A stretch of 64,000 nucleotides of DNA from Candidatus Latescibacterota bacterium (GTDB taxonomy: Bacteria > Latescibacterota > UBA2968 > UBA8231): the NCBI GenBank assembly GCA_965248355.1, contig OZ252098.1, positions 4,320,001 through 4,384,000 on the forward strand, given 5' to 3'. The notes beneath the pieces are model-generated. The model was not told the DNA's origin, did no database searches, and saw only the letters and a program-made list of their open reading frames with translations. How positions within the stretch are numbered: the stretch's first letter is position 1; every line of letters begins with the position of its first letter. The position numbers were made by a program, and so were the translations under genes. Shown one piece after another: positions 1-8,869 of this stretch.

Positions 1-433
1 TCTGGTAGTCCTGGTTCCCCCGGGCCGTGTGGTAGACCTCGGTCCCCTCCAGGCAGATGGGCATGGTGTGCCACACCTCCAGGCCCAGGCAGACGCCGAG
101 GCGGCCGTCCGAGTAGAAGGCGCGCAGGTCCTCGGGGTTCAGGCTCGGGCTCGGCGCGGCCACGAGAAAGACGCTGGGGCAGTGCCGGGTCGGGTAGAAG
201 GACTGGCCGGCGTCGTCGTGGCAGGCGAAGTGGGCGCGCAGCCGGCCCTCCGAGAGGGACAGCTTCTCCGGGGGCGGATCGGAGACCTCCGCCGTCACCG
301 TGTACTCGTGCTCGGTGAGTCCGCCCACCCGCACCTCGGGCCGTGTCTCGTCGCAGGTCCTGATGACGCTACCGAAGGGTTCGAAGGCGGCGGGCGTGAG
401 GGGCTCGACGGGGACCTTGAAGATCTTCAGCAT
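1..433 (-). CDS. Ureidoglycolate lyase (AllA)-like cupin-fold protein, 3' end outside the window
   Basis: Not in the ORF track. Manual translation from ATG 433 gives MLKIFKVPVEPLTPAAFEPFGSVI...HDDAGQSFYP...GLEVWHTMPI, open to position 2. EPLTxxAFxPFG and xWH are typical of the family. Confidence 0.65.
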   Translation of the reverse strand, partial: MLKIFKVPVEPLTPAAFEPFGSVIRTCDETRPEVRVGGLTEHEYTVTAEVSDPPPEKLSLSEGRLRAHFACHDDAGQSFYPTRHCPSVFLVAAPSPSLNPEDLRAFYSDGRLGVCLGLEVWHTMPICLEGTEVYHTARGNQDYQ

Positions 434-572
434 GGGGAATCCTCCCGGAGGGTCATGGGATCGGTGCTGCCTGGGGTCGGCGGAACCCGCTGAGCGCCGT
501 CCTGCTCAGCGGCCTGCGCTGCCTGCCGTTGGCGGCCCCTCCAAACTCCAGCGTGCGGGAAGCCGCTCTTGC

Positions 573-1292
573 TCAGCGGACCCGGTTCCGCCGCCACTCC
601 TCGAACTCGCGCAGCCGCTCCTCGTCGAGCGGGTAGGTGCCGTGGAGGGGGGCGCCGGCGCGGATCTTCCCGGTGATGAACTCCTCCTGCAGCTCCTGCC
701 TCTCGGCGGCGTCGGCCACCTCGTCCGCCAGGTGGGCGGGGATCACCACCACGCCCTCGCCGTCGCCCACGACCACGTCGCCGGGGAAGACGGCCACCCC
801 GCCGCAGGCCACGGGCACCTGGATCTCGCTCGGGTAGTGGATGGTCTTGTTCGTGTGGGCGTTCATGGCGCGGGCGTAGGCCGGGAAGCCGCTGGCGGCG
901 ATGGCGGGGCTGTCGCGGTAGGCGCCGTCGGTCACCACCCCGGCGGCCCCGAAGCGGACCATTCTCGCGGCGAGGATCGAGCCCATGGTGCCGGCCCGGG
1001 TGTCGCCGCGGGCGTCGATGACGAGCACGTCCCCGGTCTGCATCTGCTCGATGCCGACCCGCTGCTTGTCGGTGAGGTTGTCCATGGGCACGTCCACCAG
1101 GTCCTCCCGGGCCGGGATGTAGCGCAGGGTGAAGGCGCGCCCCGCCAGGCTCGTGTCCGGCCTCAGGGGCGCCACCTCGTGGAGGAAGGTGTTGCCCAGG
1201 CCGTGGCCCTTCAGCACCGATGTCAGGGTCGCCGTGCTCGGGACGCGCAACCGGTCCAGGGTCTCCTGCGTGACCTGCGTCATCTCGTCCAT
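573..1292 (-). CDS. RraA-like / HMG-CHA aldolase family protein
   Basis: MDEMTQ...STATLT...GRAFTLRYIPAREDL...GDVLVIDARG...GVVTDGAYRD...VFPGDVVVGDGEGVVVIP; ATG overlaps the upstream TGA (TGATG). Confidence 0.85.
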   Translation of the reverse strand: MDEMTQVTQETLDRLRVPSTATLTSVLKGHGLGNTFLHEVAPLRPDTSLAGRAFTLRYIPAREDLVDVPMDNLTDKQRVGIEQMQTGDVLVIDARGDTRAGTMGSILAARMVRFGAAGVVTDGAYRDSPAIAASGFPAYARAMNAHTNKTIHYPSEIQVPVACGGVAVFPGDVVVGDGEGVVVIPAHLADEVADAAERQELQEEFITGKIRAGAPLHGTYPLDEERLREFEEWRRNRVR

Positions 1293-2347
1293 CAGCGGAT
1301 GCGGCCCCGGGCCTCGACGGGCCAGACGGCCTCCACCTGGCCGCCGCGCACGGCGGCGATCTCGTCGTGCTCGTTGAAGGTCGGGCACGGGTGGACGGGG
1401 ATGATCTGCACGCGCTCGCCGATCCGCGGCTTCGGATCGCAGGCCGACACGTCCAGGTGGCCGTGCTCCTCGGAGGCGCCCGACAGCCGCGCCTCGGGGT
1501 ACTCGACGACGTGGCCCAGGAGGCCGCCGCCTTCGTCGTGGTGCACGGCCAGGCTCAGGGACTTGCTGCCGGCGTCGAGGATGGCGCGGTCGGCCGTGGG
1601 GCGGCTGACCACGGTGGTCAGCACCCGCCCCGCGCACTGCTCCACGGTGTGGGTGCCCACCTGCAGGTGCTTCATGCCTCCCACGGGATACTCGCCGGCG
1701 CGGTGCTCGGTCAGCTCCGGGACCTCGTGGGCCGTCCACATGCAGGGGGAGGCGCCGCCGCTGACGATGGGGTGGGGCAGGCCCCGGGCGCCGAAGCCGC
1801 CCAGGACCGCCTGCAGGAGGGGCCGGCAGGAGGGCGGCGAGGGCATGATCATGATGCCGCGCAGCTCCAGGCCCGGCAGGGAGTCGATGAGGGCCGCCAG
1901 CTCGGCGATGTCGGCGGGCGTCTCCACGCCCGTGCGGCCCTGCCCCAGCTCGACCACCACGCCCACGCAGGTGCCGGCGGCGTGGGTGGCCTCCGACAGG
2001 CCGCGGACGGTGTACTCGGAGTCGGCGGCCACCGTCAGCCGCGTCCGGGGCGCCAGGGCGGTGAGCCGCTCCAGCTTGATCCTCCCCACGATGTTGTAGG
2101 GGATCAGGACGTCGCGGTCGACGCCGCCGTCGACCATGACCTCGGCCTCGCCGAGCTTCTGGCAGACGATGCCCATGGCGCCGCGGTCCATCTGCATGCG
2201 GGCGATGGCCAGGCACTTGTGGGTCTTGATGTGGGGCCGCAGGCCGACGCCGTGCTCATCGCAGTAGGCCTGGGCGCGGTCGAGGTTCTCCTCCAGGGCG
2301 TCGAGGTGAACGAGCAGGAAGGGGGTGTCGAGGTCGTCGATGTGCAT
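1292..2347 (-). CDS. PLP-dependent D-threonine aldolase / DSD1-like enzyme (alanine racemase N-terminal fold)
   Basis: LDTPFLLV, RPHIKTHK (PLP lysine), CQKLGEAE, DAGSK, SEEHG and PVHPCPTFN motifs. Confidence 0.85.
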   Translation of the reverse strand: MHIDDLDTPFLLVHLDALEENLDRAQAYCDEHGVGLRPHIKTHKCLAIARMQMDRGAMGIVCQKLGEAEVMVDGGVDRDVLIPYNIVGRIKLERLTALAPRTRLTVAADSEYTVRGLSEATHAAGTCVGVVVELGQGRTGVETPADIAELAALIDSLPGLELRGIMIMPSPPSCRPLLQAVLGGFGARGLPHPIVSGGASPCMWTAHEVPELTEHRAGEYPVGGMKHLQVGTHTVEQCAGRVLTTVVSRPTADRAILDAGSKSLSLAVHHDEGGGLLGHVVEYPEARLSGASEEHGHLDVSACDPKPRIGERVQIIPVHPCPTFNEHDEIAAVRGGQVEAVWPVEARGRIR

Positions 2348-2374
2348 GGGCGCTCCGTTCCGGAAGGGGGGCTC

Positions 2375-2404
2375 ACGATAGACCGGGCCGGCTCGGAGCG
2401 TCAA
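2375..2404 (-). promoter_or_regulatory. Putative sigma70 promoter for the D-TA/RraA/AllA-like operon
   Basis: TTGACG (2404-2399), N18, TATCGT (2380-2375) on the minus strand. Confidence 0.55.
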
Positions 2405-2412
2405 GGCGCCTC

Positions 2413-2442
2413 TTGCCGGCGGCGGACCGGCCTGCCTAGCAT
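2413..2442 (+). promoter_or_regulatory. Putative sigma70 promoter for the DUF4416 gene (probably leaderless)
   Basis: TTGCCG (2413-2418), N18, TAGCAT (2437-2442); ATG 6 nt later with no SD. Confidence 0.5.
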
Positions 2443-2448
2443 GGCGCC

Positions 2449-2997
2449 ATGCCCCTGAACCTGCACTCCGGCGAGCCCGCCGCCTTCCTCTGCGCGGTCA
2501 TGGCCCGCGGCGACGACGGCGTGGACGAGGCCGTGGCCGACCTGTCCGCGCGCTTCGGAGAGGTCCGGGCCCGAAGCCCGGTGTGGGCCTTTGACATGAG
2601 CGGCTACTACGAGGACGAGATGGGACCGGGGCTGGCGAAGGGGCTCGTGTGGCTGGGCGATCCCATCGACCCGGAGAGGCTGGCCGGGCGCAAGCGGCAG
2701 ACCCTCGCCTTCGAGCGGGAGCGCGCGGTGGAGGGCGCCGGGGGGGATCTGCGGCGCAGCGTGAACGTCGACCCGGGACTGCTGTCGGAGGAGAGTCTGG
2801 TGCTGGCCACGACCAAGGCCAGCGGCCACCGCGTGGCCATCGGCACCGGCCTGTGGGCGGAGGTCACCCTGCGCTTCGAGCGGGGCGAGTACCGGCCGCT
2901 GCCGTGGACCTATCCGGACTACCGGGGGCCGGAGGTGCGGGAGTTCCTGCTGGGGGTGCGGCGCCGGCTGCGGGAGCTGCGCCGGGCGGCCAGCTAG
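2449..2997 (+). CDS. DUF4416 family protein
   Basis: YYEDEMG, RSVNVDPG, LVLATTK, HRV and PWTYPDY motifs. Confidence 0.85.
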   Translation: MPLNLHSGEPAAFLCAVMARGDDGVDEAVADLSARFGEVRARSPVWAFDMSGYYEDEMGPGLAKGLVWLGDPIDPERLAGRKRQTLAFERERAVEGAGGDLRRSVNVDPGLLSEESLVLATTKASGHRVAIGTGLWAEVTLRFERGEYRPLPWTYPDYRGPEVREFLLGVRRRLRELRRAAS

Positions 2998-3311
2998 GGG
3001 TGGGGCGCCATGAAGACGAGCACCACGAGGCGGCCGTCGCTCGAGTTCGTCACGCCGTGGTCCTCACCCGGCGGGCAGAGCACCGCCCAGCCGGCGTCGA
3101 GCTCGCGGGACTCGCCGCCCACGGTGAAGGTGCCCCGGCCCTCGAGGACGCAGTAGATCTTGTCGTTGTCGTCGTGGCTGTGGAGGGCCTGCTCCTGGCC
3201 CGGCTCGAAGCAGTAGATGTCGCAGAACATCCTCTCCGATTCGAAGAGGTTCACCTTCCGGAACTTCTCCCCGGAAAAGGCCCGTTCGTCCTGCCAGCGC
3301 CTGGCTTCCAT
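2994..3311 (-). CDS. Cupin domain protein
   Basis: MEARR...KVNLFES...YCFEPGQEQALHSH...GEDHGVTN...VFMAPHP (cupin_2 motifs). Confidence 0.85.
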   Translation of the reverse strand: MEARRWQDERAFSGEKFRKVNLFESERMFCDIYCFEPGQEQALHSHDDNDKIYCVLEGRGTFTVGGESRELDAGWAVLCPPGEDHGVTNSSDGRLVVLVFMAPHP

Positions 3312-3319
3312 TCTCGGCC

Positions 3320-4450
3320 TCAGCGGTCCGCCAGGGGCCGGAAGGCCCTGGCCTCGGGACCGGTGTAGATGTGGCTCGGGCGGATCAGGCGGTTGTTCTC
3401 CTGCTGCTCGATGACGTGGGCCGACCAGCCGGCGACTCGGCTGGCCACGAAGATCGGCGTGTACAGCGGGATGGGCAGCCCCATCGTGTAGTAGGTCCAG
3501 CCCACGGGGAAGTCGACGTTGGGGAAGATCCCCTTCTCGGAGAGCATCGTCTCCTCCACGGCCTCGGCGATGCGCAGCCAGCGGCTCTCCCCGGTGGCAG
3601 CGGCCACCCGGCGCCCCTCCGCCTTCATGGCCGGCACCCGCGAGTCCCCGCTCTTGTACTCGCGGTGGCCGAAGCCCATGATCAGGCGCTTTTCCGCCAG
3701 CGCCTCCAGCACCCACGGCCGCGCCCGCTCCGGCTCGCCGATCTCCAGCATCATCTCCATGGCCGCCTCGTTGGCCCCGCCGTGGAGGGGGCCCATGAGC
3801 GCGGCGATGCCCGCCGTGACCGCGGCGTGCAGGTCGGCCAGGGTCGAGGCCGCCACCCTCGCGGCGAAGGAGGAGGCGTTGAAGCCGTGCTCGGCGTAGA
3901 GCATGAGGGAGACGTCCGTGGCGCGCACGGCGTGCTCGGCCGGGGGGCGGCCGTCGATCATGTGGAGCAGGTTGGCGGCGTGGCCCAGCGCCGGGTCGGG
4001 GGGCACCGGCTCCAGGCCGCGGGCGCATCGGTGAGCGGAGGTGAGGATCGTGGGGATCTTGGCCAGCAGGCGCTCGGCCTTGCGCAGGGTGGCTTCGCGG
4101 CCGATGTCGCGCGCCTCGGGGTCGGTCAGGCCCAGGGCGGAGACCGCCGAGCGCAGCACCGCCATGGAGTGCGCTTCGGCCGGGGTCTTGCGCAGCAGGT
4201 CCTCGACCACCGGCGGCAGGCCGCGCTCGGCGCGCAGTCGGGCCTGGAAGTCGCCGAGCTGTCGGGCCGTGGGCAGATCGCCGTAGAGCAGCAGCCAGGC
4301 CACCTCCTCGAAGACGGCCCGGTCCGTGAGCTCCACGAGGTCGTAGCCCCGCAGGATCAGCCGGTTGCGCTCGAAGTCGATCCGTGAGATGGCCGACTCG
4401 CCGGCGATGACGCCGGCCAGGCCCGGGCTGTACTCCGGCCGCTCGGTCAT
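3320..4450 (-). CDS. prpC: Citrate/2-methylcitrate synthase
   Basis: YSPGLAGVIAG, YAEHGFNAS, GPLHGGANE, IMGFGHR and PNVDF motifs; coupled to prpB by an ATGA overlap. Confidence 0.85.
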   Translation of the reverse strand: MTERPEYSPGLAGVIAGESAISRIDFERNRLILRGYDLVELTDRAVFEEVAWLLLYGDLPTARQLGDFQARLRAERGLPPVVEDLLRKTPAEAHSMAVLRSAVSALGLTDPEARDIGREATLRKAERLLAKIPTILTSAHRCARGLEPVPPDPALGHAANLLHMIDGRPPAEHAVRATDVSLMLYAEHGFNASSFAARVAASTLADLHAAVTAGIAALMGPLHGGANEAAMEMMLEIGEPERARPWVLEALAEKRLIMGFGHREYKSGDSRVPAMKAEGRRVAAATGESRWLRIAEAVEETMLSEKGIFPNVDFPVGWTYYTMGLPIPLYTPIFVASRVAGWSAHVIEQQENNRLIRPSHIYTGPEARAFRPLADR

Positions 4451-5343
4451 TCCCGCCCCCTGCCGGCCAGCCGCCGGTCCATGGCCTCGTATTCGGAGTA
4501 GCGCAGCAGCTCGTAGAGCTCCTCCCGCGTCTGCATGCGGTCGAGCCAGGCCGCCGGCGAGCCCTGGTCGCGGATCTCGGTGAGCACCCCTTCCACGGCC
4601 TTCATCATGACCCGGAAGGTCGTCATGGGGAAGATGACCATGGCGTAGCCGAGGTCGGAGAACTGCCGCGCCGTGAGGGTTGGCGTCCTGCCGAACTCGG
4701 TCATGTTGGCCAGCAGCGGTCCCGGCACCCGCTCGGCGTAGCGGCCGAACTCCTCCTCTGTCCGCAGGGCCTCGATGAAGACCGCGTCGGCGCCGGCCTC
4801 CCGGTAGCGGCGTCCGCGCTCGACGCTGGCCTCGAAGCCTTCCACGGCGCGGGCGTCGGTGCGCGCCACCAGCAGGAAGTCGGGGTTCTGCCGCGCTTCC
4901 CCCGCGGCGGCGAGCTTGCGCTCCATGTCGGCCGTGGAGACCAGCCGCTTGCCGTCGAGGTGGCCGCAGCGCTTGGGCATCACCTGGTCCTCGAGGTGGA
5001 TGCCGGCCACGCCCGCGGCTTCGAAGCGGCGCACCGTGCGCATGACCTGCAGGGCCTCGCCGAACCCGGTGTCGGCGTCGCACAGGGCGGGCACATTCAC
5101 GGCGTCGGCGATGGGGCCCGCGGCGCCCGCCACCTGCTCCATGCCGAGGAGGGCGATGTCGGGGTAGCCGGCGCCGTTGATCAGCCCCGCGCCGGAGATG
5201 TACACGGCCTCGAAGCCCAGCTTCTCGGCGAGCATGGCCACCGGCGCGTTGAAGCACCCCGGCATCACCACCGTGCCGGCCGCGAGGGCCCGGCGCAGGG
5301 CGGCGGCCTTGTCCGGAGGCGGGGTGCGCTGGGAGAGGAGCAT
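4447..5343 (-). CDS. prpB: Methylisocitrate lyase
   Basis: DADTGFG, EDQVMPKRCGHL, ARTDA, ANMTEFG and MQTREELYE motifs. Confidence 0.9.
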   Translation of the reverse strand: MLLSQRTPPPDKAAALRRALAAGTVVMPGCFNAPVAMLAEKLGFEAVYISGAGLINGAGYPDIALLGMEQVAGAAGPIADAVNVPALCDADTGFGEALQVMRTVRRFEAAGVAGIHLEDQVMPKRCGHLDGKRLVSTADMERKLAAAGEARQNPDFLLVARTDARAVEGFEASVERGRRYREAGADAVFIEALRTEEEFGRYAERVPGPLLANMTEFGRTPTLTARQFSDLGYAMVIFPMTTFRVMMKAVEGVLTEIRDQGSPAAWLDRMQTREELYELLRYSEYEAMDRRLAGRGRE

Positions 5344-5350
5344 GAGGGCC

Positions 5351-6628
5351 TCAGAGGCGGATGGTGGCGCCGCGGTCGGGGCCCACGGAGATCAGGCTCA
5401 CCGGCGTGCGGCTCAGTTGCTCGATGCGGCGCACGTAGGCGCGGGCCCCGGGGGGCAGGTCGTGGAAGGTGCGGGCGCCGGTGGTGGGCGCCAACCAGCC
5501 GTCGACCTCTTCGTATATGGGCTCGCACTTGTCGAGGATGCGCGGGTCCGCCGGGAACTCCTCCAGCAACTGGTCGCCGTGCCGGTAGGCCGTGCACAGC
5601 TTGAGGCGCTCCACCGGGTCGAGGATGTCGAGGCGGGTGAGGGCGAGGCCCGTCAGGCCGTTGACCCGCCCGGCCATGCGGGCGATGGTGGCGTCGAACC
5701 AGCCGCAGCGCCGGGCGCGGCCCGTGGTGGCGCCGTATTCCTGGCCGAGCTCGCGGATGCGCTCCCCCTCGTCGTCGAGCAGCTCCGTCGGGAAGGGTCC
5801 GTTGCCGACGCGGGTCATGTAGGCCTTGGTGACGCCGATGGTCTCGTCGATCCGGGTCGGTCCCACGCCGGTCCCGGTGCAGGCGCCGCCGGCGGTGGTG
5901 TTGGAGGAGGTCACGTAGGGGTAGGTGCCGTGGTCGATGTCGAGGAGGGTGCCCTGAGCGCCTTCGAACAGCACCCGGCGGCCCTCGTCGAGGGCGCGGT
6001 TGAGGTAGACGGAGGTGTCGTCCACGTAGGGCCGGAGCCGGTCGGAGAACCCCAGGGTGTGGCGGACCACCTCCTCCACGTCGAGAGGCGGCGCCCCGTA
6101 GATGCCGGTGAGCATGTCGTTGGCGGCCCGGACCGCGGCGCGCAGCCGGTCGCGCAGGCCGGCGTCGAGCAGGTCCATCACCCGCAGGGCGTGGCCCCGG
6201 TCGACCTTGTCGCGGTAGGCGGGGCCGATGCCGCGGGCCGTGGTGCCGATGGCGCCGGCGCCGAGGCTCTCCTCGGAGGCGCGGTCGAGGGCCTTGTGGT
6301 AGGGCAGGACGAGGTGGGCGCAGCCGCTGACGCGCAGGCGTCCGGGCGGCACCGCCCGCCCCCGCCCGGCGAGCTCGTCCAGCTCGGAGAACAGGGACTC
6401 CGGATCGAGGACGACGCCGTTGCCGATGACGCAGACGGCGGGCTCGTTCAGGACGCCCACGGGCAGGGTGTGGAAGATCCAGGTCTCTCCCTCCACCTCG
6501 ACCGTGTGACCGGCGTTGGCGCCTCCCTGGAAACGCACGACCACGTCGGCCCCGGCGGCGAGATAGTCGACGATCTTGGCCTTGCCTTCATCGCCCCACT
6601 GGGCTCCCAGGACGACGGTTGCGGGCAT
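5351..6628 (-). CDS. purA: Adenylosuccinate synthetase
   Basis: GAQWGDEGKAK, GGANAGHT, DHGTYPYVTSS and TTGRARRCGW motifs. Confidence 0.98.
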   Translation of the reverse strand: MPATVVLGAQWGDEGKAKIVDYLAAGADVVVRFQGGANAGHTVEVEGETWIFHTLPVGVLNEPAVCVIGNGVVLDPESLFSELDELAGRGRAVPPGRLRVSGCAHLVLPYHKALDRASEESLGAGAIGTTARGIGPAYRDKVDRGHALRVMDLLDAGLRDRLRAAVRAANDMLTGIYGAPPLDVEEVVRHTLGFSDRLRPYVDDTSVYLNRALDEGRRVLFEGAQGTLLDIDHGTYPYVTSSNTTAGGACTGTGVGPTRIDETIGVTKAYMTRVGNGPFPTELLDDEGERIRELGQEYGATTGRARRCGWFDATIARMAGRVNGLTGLALTRLDILDPVERLKLCTAYRHGDQLLEEFPADPRILDKCEPIYEEVDGWLAPTTGARTFHDLPPGARAYVRRIEQLSRTPVSLISVGPDRGATIRL

Positions 6629-6658
6629 CTTCGGTTCTCCTAGAGTGCTAAAGGCGGT

Positions 6659-8251
6659 TCACAGGCTCACGAGGCGAGCCCAGGTGATGTGGGGATCGGT
6701 GAGGATCTCTTCGATCACGGGTTCGGGCACCGGGCTGTCGACGTTGAGCACCGTCAGCGCGCGGCCCCCGACGTGGTGGCGGCCGCAGGCCATGCGGGCG
6801 ATGTTGATCCGCCGCCGGCCCATGGTGCTGCCGATGCGGCCGATGATCCCCGGCACGTCGTCGTTGACGTAGAACAGCATATGTCCCTCGGGGACGGCGT
6901 CCAGGTCGTACTCGTCGACGCGCACGATGCGCGGGTTCTGGCGGCCGAAGAGGGTGCCTGCCAGCACCCGGCGGCCGCCTCCCTCGAACTCGAGGATCAC
7001 CGTCAGCAGGCTGGCGTAGTCCTCGGCGTCGCTGCTCTGCAGCTCGGCGATGCGGATGCCGCGCTCCTGGGCGACCATGCGGGCGTTGACGAGGTTCACC
7101 GTGCCCTCTTCGGCGAAGCTCTCCATCAGCCCCTGCAGCACCGCCGAGGTCAGGGGCGGCGTGGGGTAGGCCGTGATCTCGCCGCGGTACTCCACGGTGA
7201 TGCGCCGCAGGCGGTCCTCCTTCGCCAGTTGGGCGTGGATGCGGCCGAGGCGCTCGCCCAGCTCCAGATGGGGGCGCAGCTTCTCGTAGGCCTCGGGATC
7301 GAGGGAGGGGACGTTCACGGCGTTGTGAATCGCCCCGCCCACCAGCACCTCCCGCACCTGCTCCGCCACCTGGAGAGCGACGCTGCTCTGCGCCTCCCGC
7401 GTCGCCGCCGCCAGGTGGGGCGTGCAGATGACGCGCTCGTGGGCCACCAGCCGCGAACCGGGCGGCGGCGGCTCGCTCTCGTACACGTCCAGGGCCGCCC
7501 CGGCCACCCGGCCCGAGTCGAGAGCCTCGAGGAGGGCCTCCTCGTCGACGATGCCGCCGCGGGCGCAGTTGATGACGCGCACGCCGTCGCGGCACAGGGC
7601 CAGCTCGCGCGCCGACAGCCGGTGCCGGGTCTGCGGCGTCAGGGGCACGTGGAAGGTCAGGAAGTCCGCCTCCCGCCAGATCTGCTCCTCCGGGGCCAGC
7701 TGGGCGCCGTAGGACCGGGCCACCTCCTCGGTGACGGGGGGATCGAAGGCCAGCACCCGCAGGCCCAGGGCGGCGGCCCGCTGGGCCACCTCGCGGCCTA
7801 CCTGGCCGAGGCCGAAGACGCCGATCGTCTTGCCCGCCAGCTCGACCCCGGTGAGGGCGCTGGGCTCCCAGCGGCCGGCCTTCATCGAGGCCGTCCCCTG
7901 GGGGAGGTTGCGCGCCAGGGCCAGGATCATGGCCACCGTGTGCTCCGCCGTGCTCACCGAGTTCCCCCCGGGGGTGTTCATCACCACGATCCCGCGGCGG
8001 GTGGCTGCGTCCACGTCGATGTTGTCGACCCCCGCCCCGGCCCGGCCGATGGCGCGCATGCGCCGCGCCCGGCGGATGACCTCCCCCGTCACCCGCGTGG
8101 CGCTGCGCACGATGAGCCCGTCGTAGGCTTCGATGCGCTCCAGCAGCTCCCCGGGCGACAGTCCGGTGCTCACCTCGGCCTCGATGCGTCCGCCGGCCTG
8201 CAGCACGTCGACGCAGCCGGGATCGACGCGGTCGCTGATCAGGACTCTCAT
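6659..8251 (-). CDS. serA: D-3-phosphoglycerate dehydrogenase (type with ASB and ACT domains)
   Basis: GRAGAGVDNID, INCARGG, ALDVYESEP and TPHL motifs; C-terminal ACT domain (NDDVPGIIGRIG). Confidence 0.95.
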   Translation of the reverse strand: MRVLISDRVDPGCVDVLQAGGRIEAEVSTGLSPGELLERIEAYDGLIVRSATRVTGEVIRRARRMRAIGRAGAGVDNIDVDAATRRGIVVMNTPGGNSVSTAEHTVAMILALARNLPQGTASMKAGRWEPSALTGVELAGKTIGVFGLGQVGREVAQRAAALGLRVLAFDPPVTEEVARSYGAQLAPEEQIWREADFLTFHVPLTPQTRHRLSARELALCRDGVRVINCARGGIVDEEALLEALDSGRVAGAALDVYESEPPPPGSRLVAHERVICTPHLAAATREAQSSVALQVAEQVREVLVGGAIHNAVNVPSLDPEAYEKLRPHLELGERLGRIHAQLAKEDRLRRITVEYRGEITAYPTPPLTSAVLQGLMESFAEEGTVNLVNARMVAQERGIRIAELQSSDAEDYASLLTVILEFEGGGRRVLAGTLFGRQNPRIVRVDEYDLDAVPEGHMLFYVNDDVPGIIGRIGSTMGRRRINIARMACGRHHVGGRALTVLNVDSPVPEPVIEEILTDPHITWARLVSL

Positions 8252-8850
8252 CGGCCCGGCCCGGCCTCCGCCGCCGTCGCTTCCTCGATCCACTGCAGCA
8301 GGTCCCCTCGGCCCAGGCCGGTCTCGGAGGAGAAGGGCAGGTAGGGCAGGTCGGCGAGCTCTCCCTCCTCCTCGATGCGGGAGAGCTGCCGGTCCAACCG
8401 GCCCCGGGAGAGCTTGTCGGCCTTGGTGAGCACGAGCAGGAAGGGGCGCCCCCCGCTCTTCAGGGTGGCCACCATCTGCAGGTCGAGGGCCGTCGGACCG
8501 TGGCGGGCGTCGATGAGCAGGACCACGGCCTGCAGGGCCGCGCGGTTGGCCAGGTAAGTCTCCATGAGCCGGCCCAGGGTGCCCCGCAGCTCCGCCCCGC
8601 CGCGCACGTACCCGTACCCCGGCAGGTCGACGAGGTAGAGCCGGTCGTTGACGCGGTAGTAGTTGAGTTGCTGGGTGCGTCCGGGGGTGGAGCTGGTGAA
8701 GGCCAGCCGGCGGCGCTGCACCAGGCGGTTGATCAGGCAGGACTTGCCCACGTTGGAACGGCCGGCGAAGGCGACCTCGGGCAGGCCGTCGGTGGGCGAT
8801 CCCTCCTTGCCCACGGCTCCCACGACGAACTCCGCAGAGTGGATTCGCAT
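8248..8850 (-). CDS. engB: Ribosome biogenesis GTPase EngB/YihA/YsxC
   Basis: GRSNVGKS, TPGRT, DLPGYG and TKADK motifs. Confidence 0.95.
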   Translation of the reverse strand: MRIHSAEFVVGAVGKEGSPTDGLPEVAFAGRSNVGKSCLINRLVQRRRLAFTSSTPGRTQQLNYYRVNDRLYLVDLPGYGYVRGGAELRGTLGRLMETYLANRAALQAVVLLIDARHGPTALDLQMVATLKSGGRPFLLVLTKADKLSRGRLDRQLSRIEEEGELADLPYLPFSSETGLGRGDLLQWIEEATAAEAGPGR

Positions 8851-8869
8851 GACGCCCTCGGGAGGTCCT

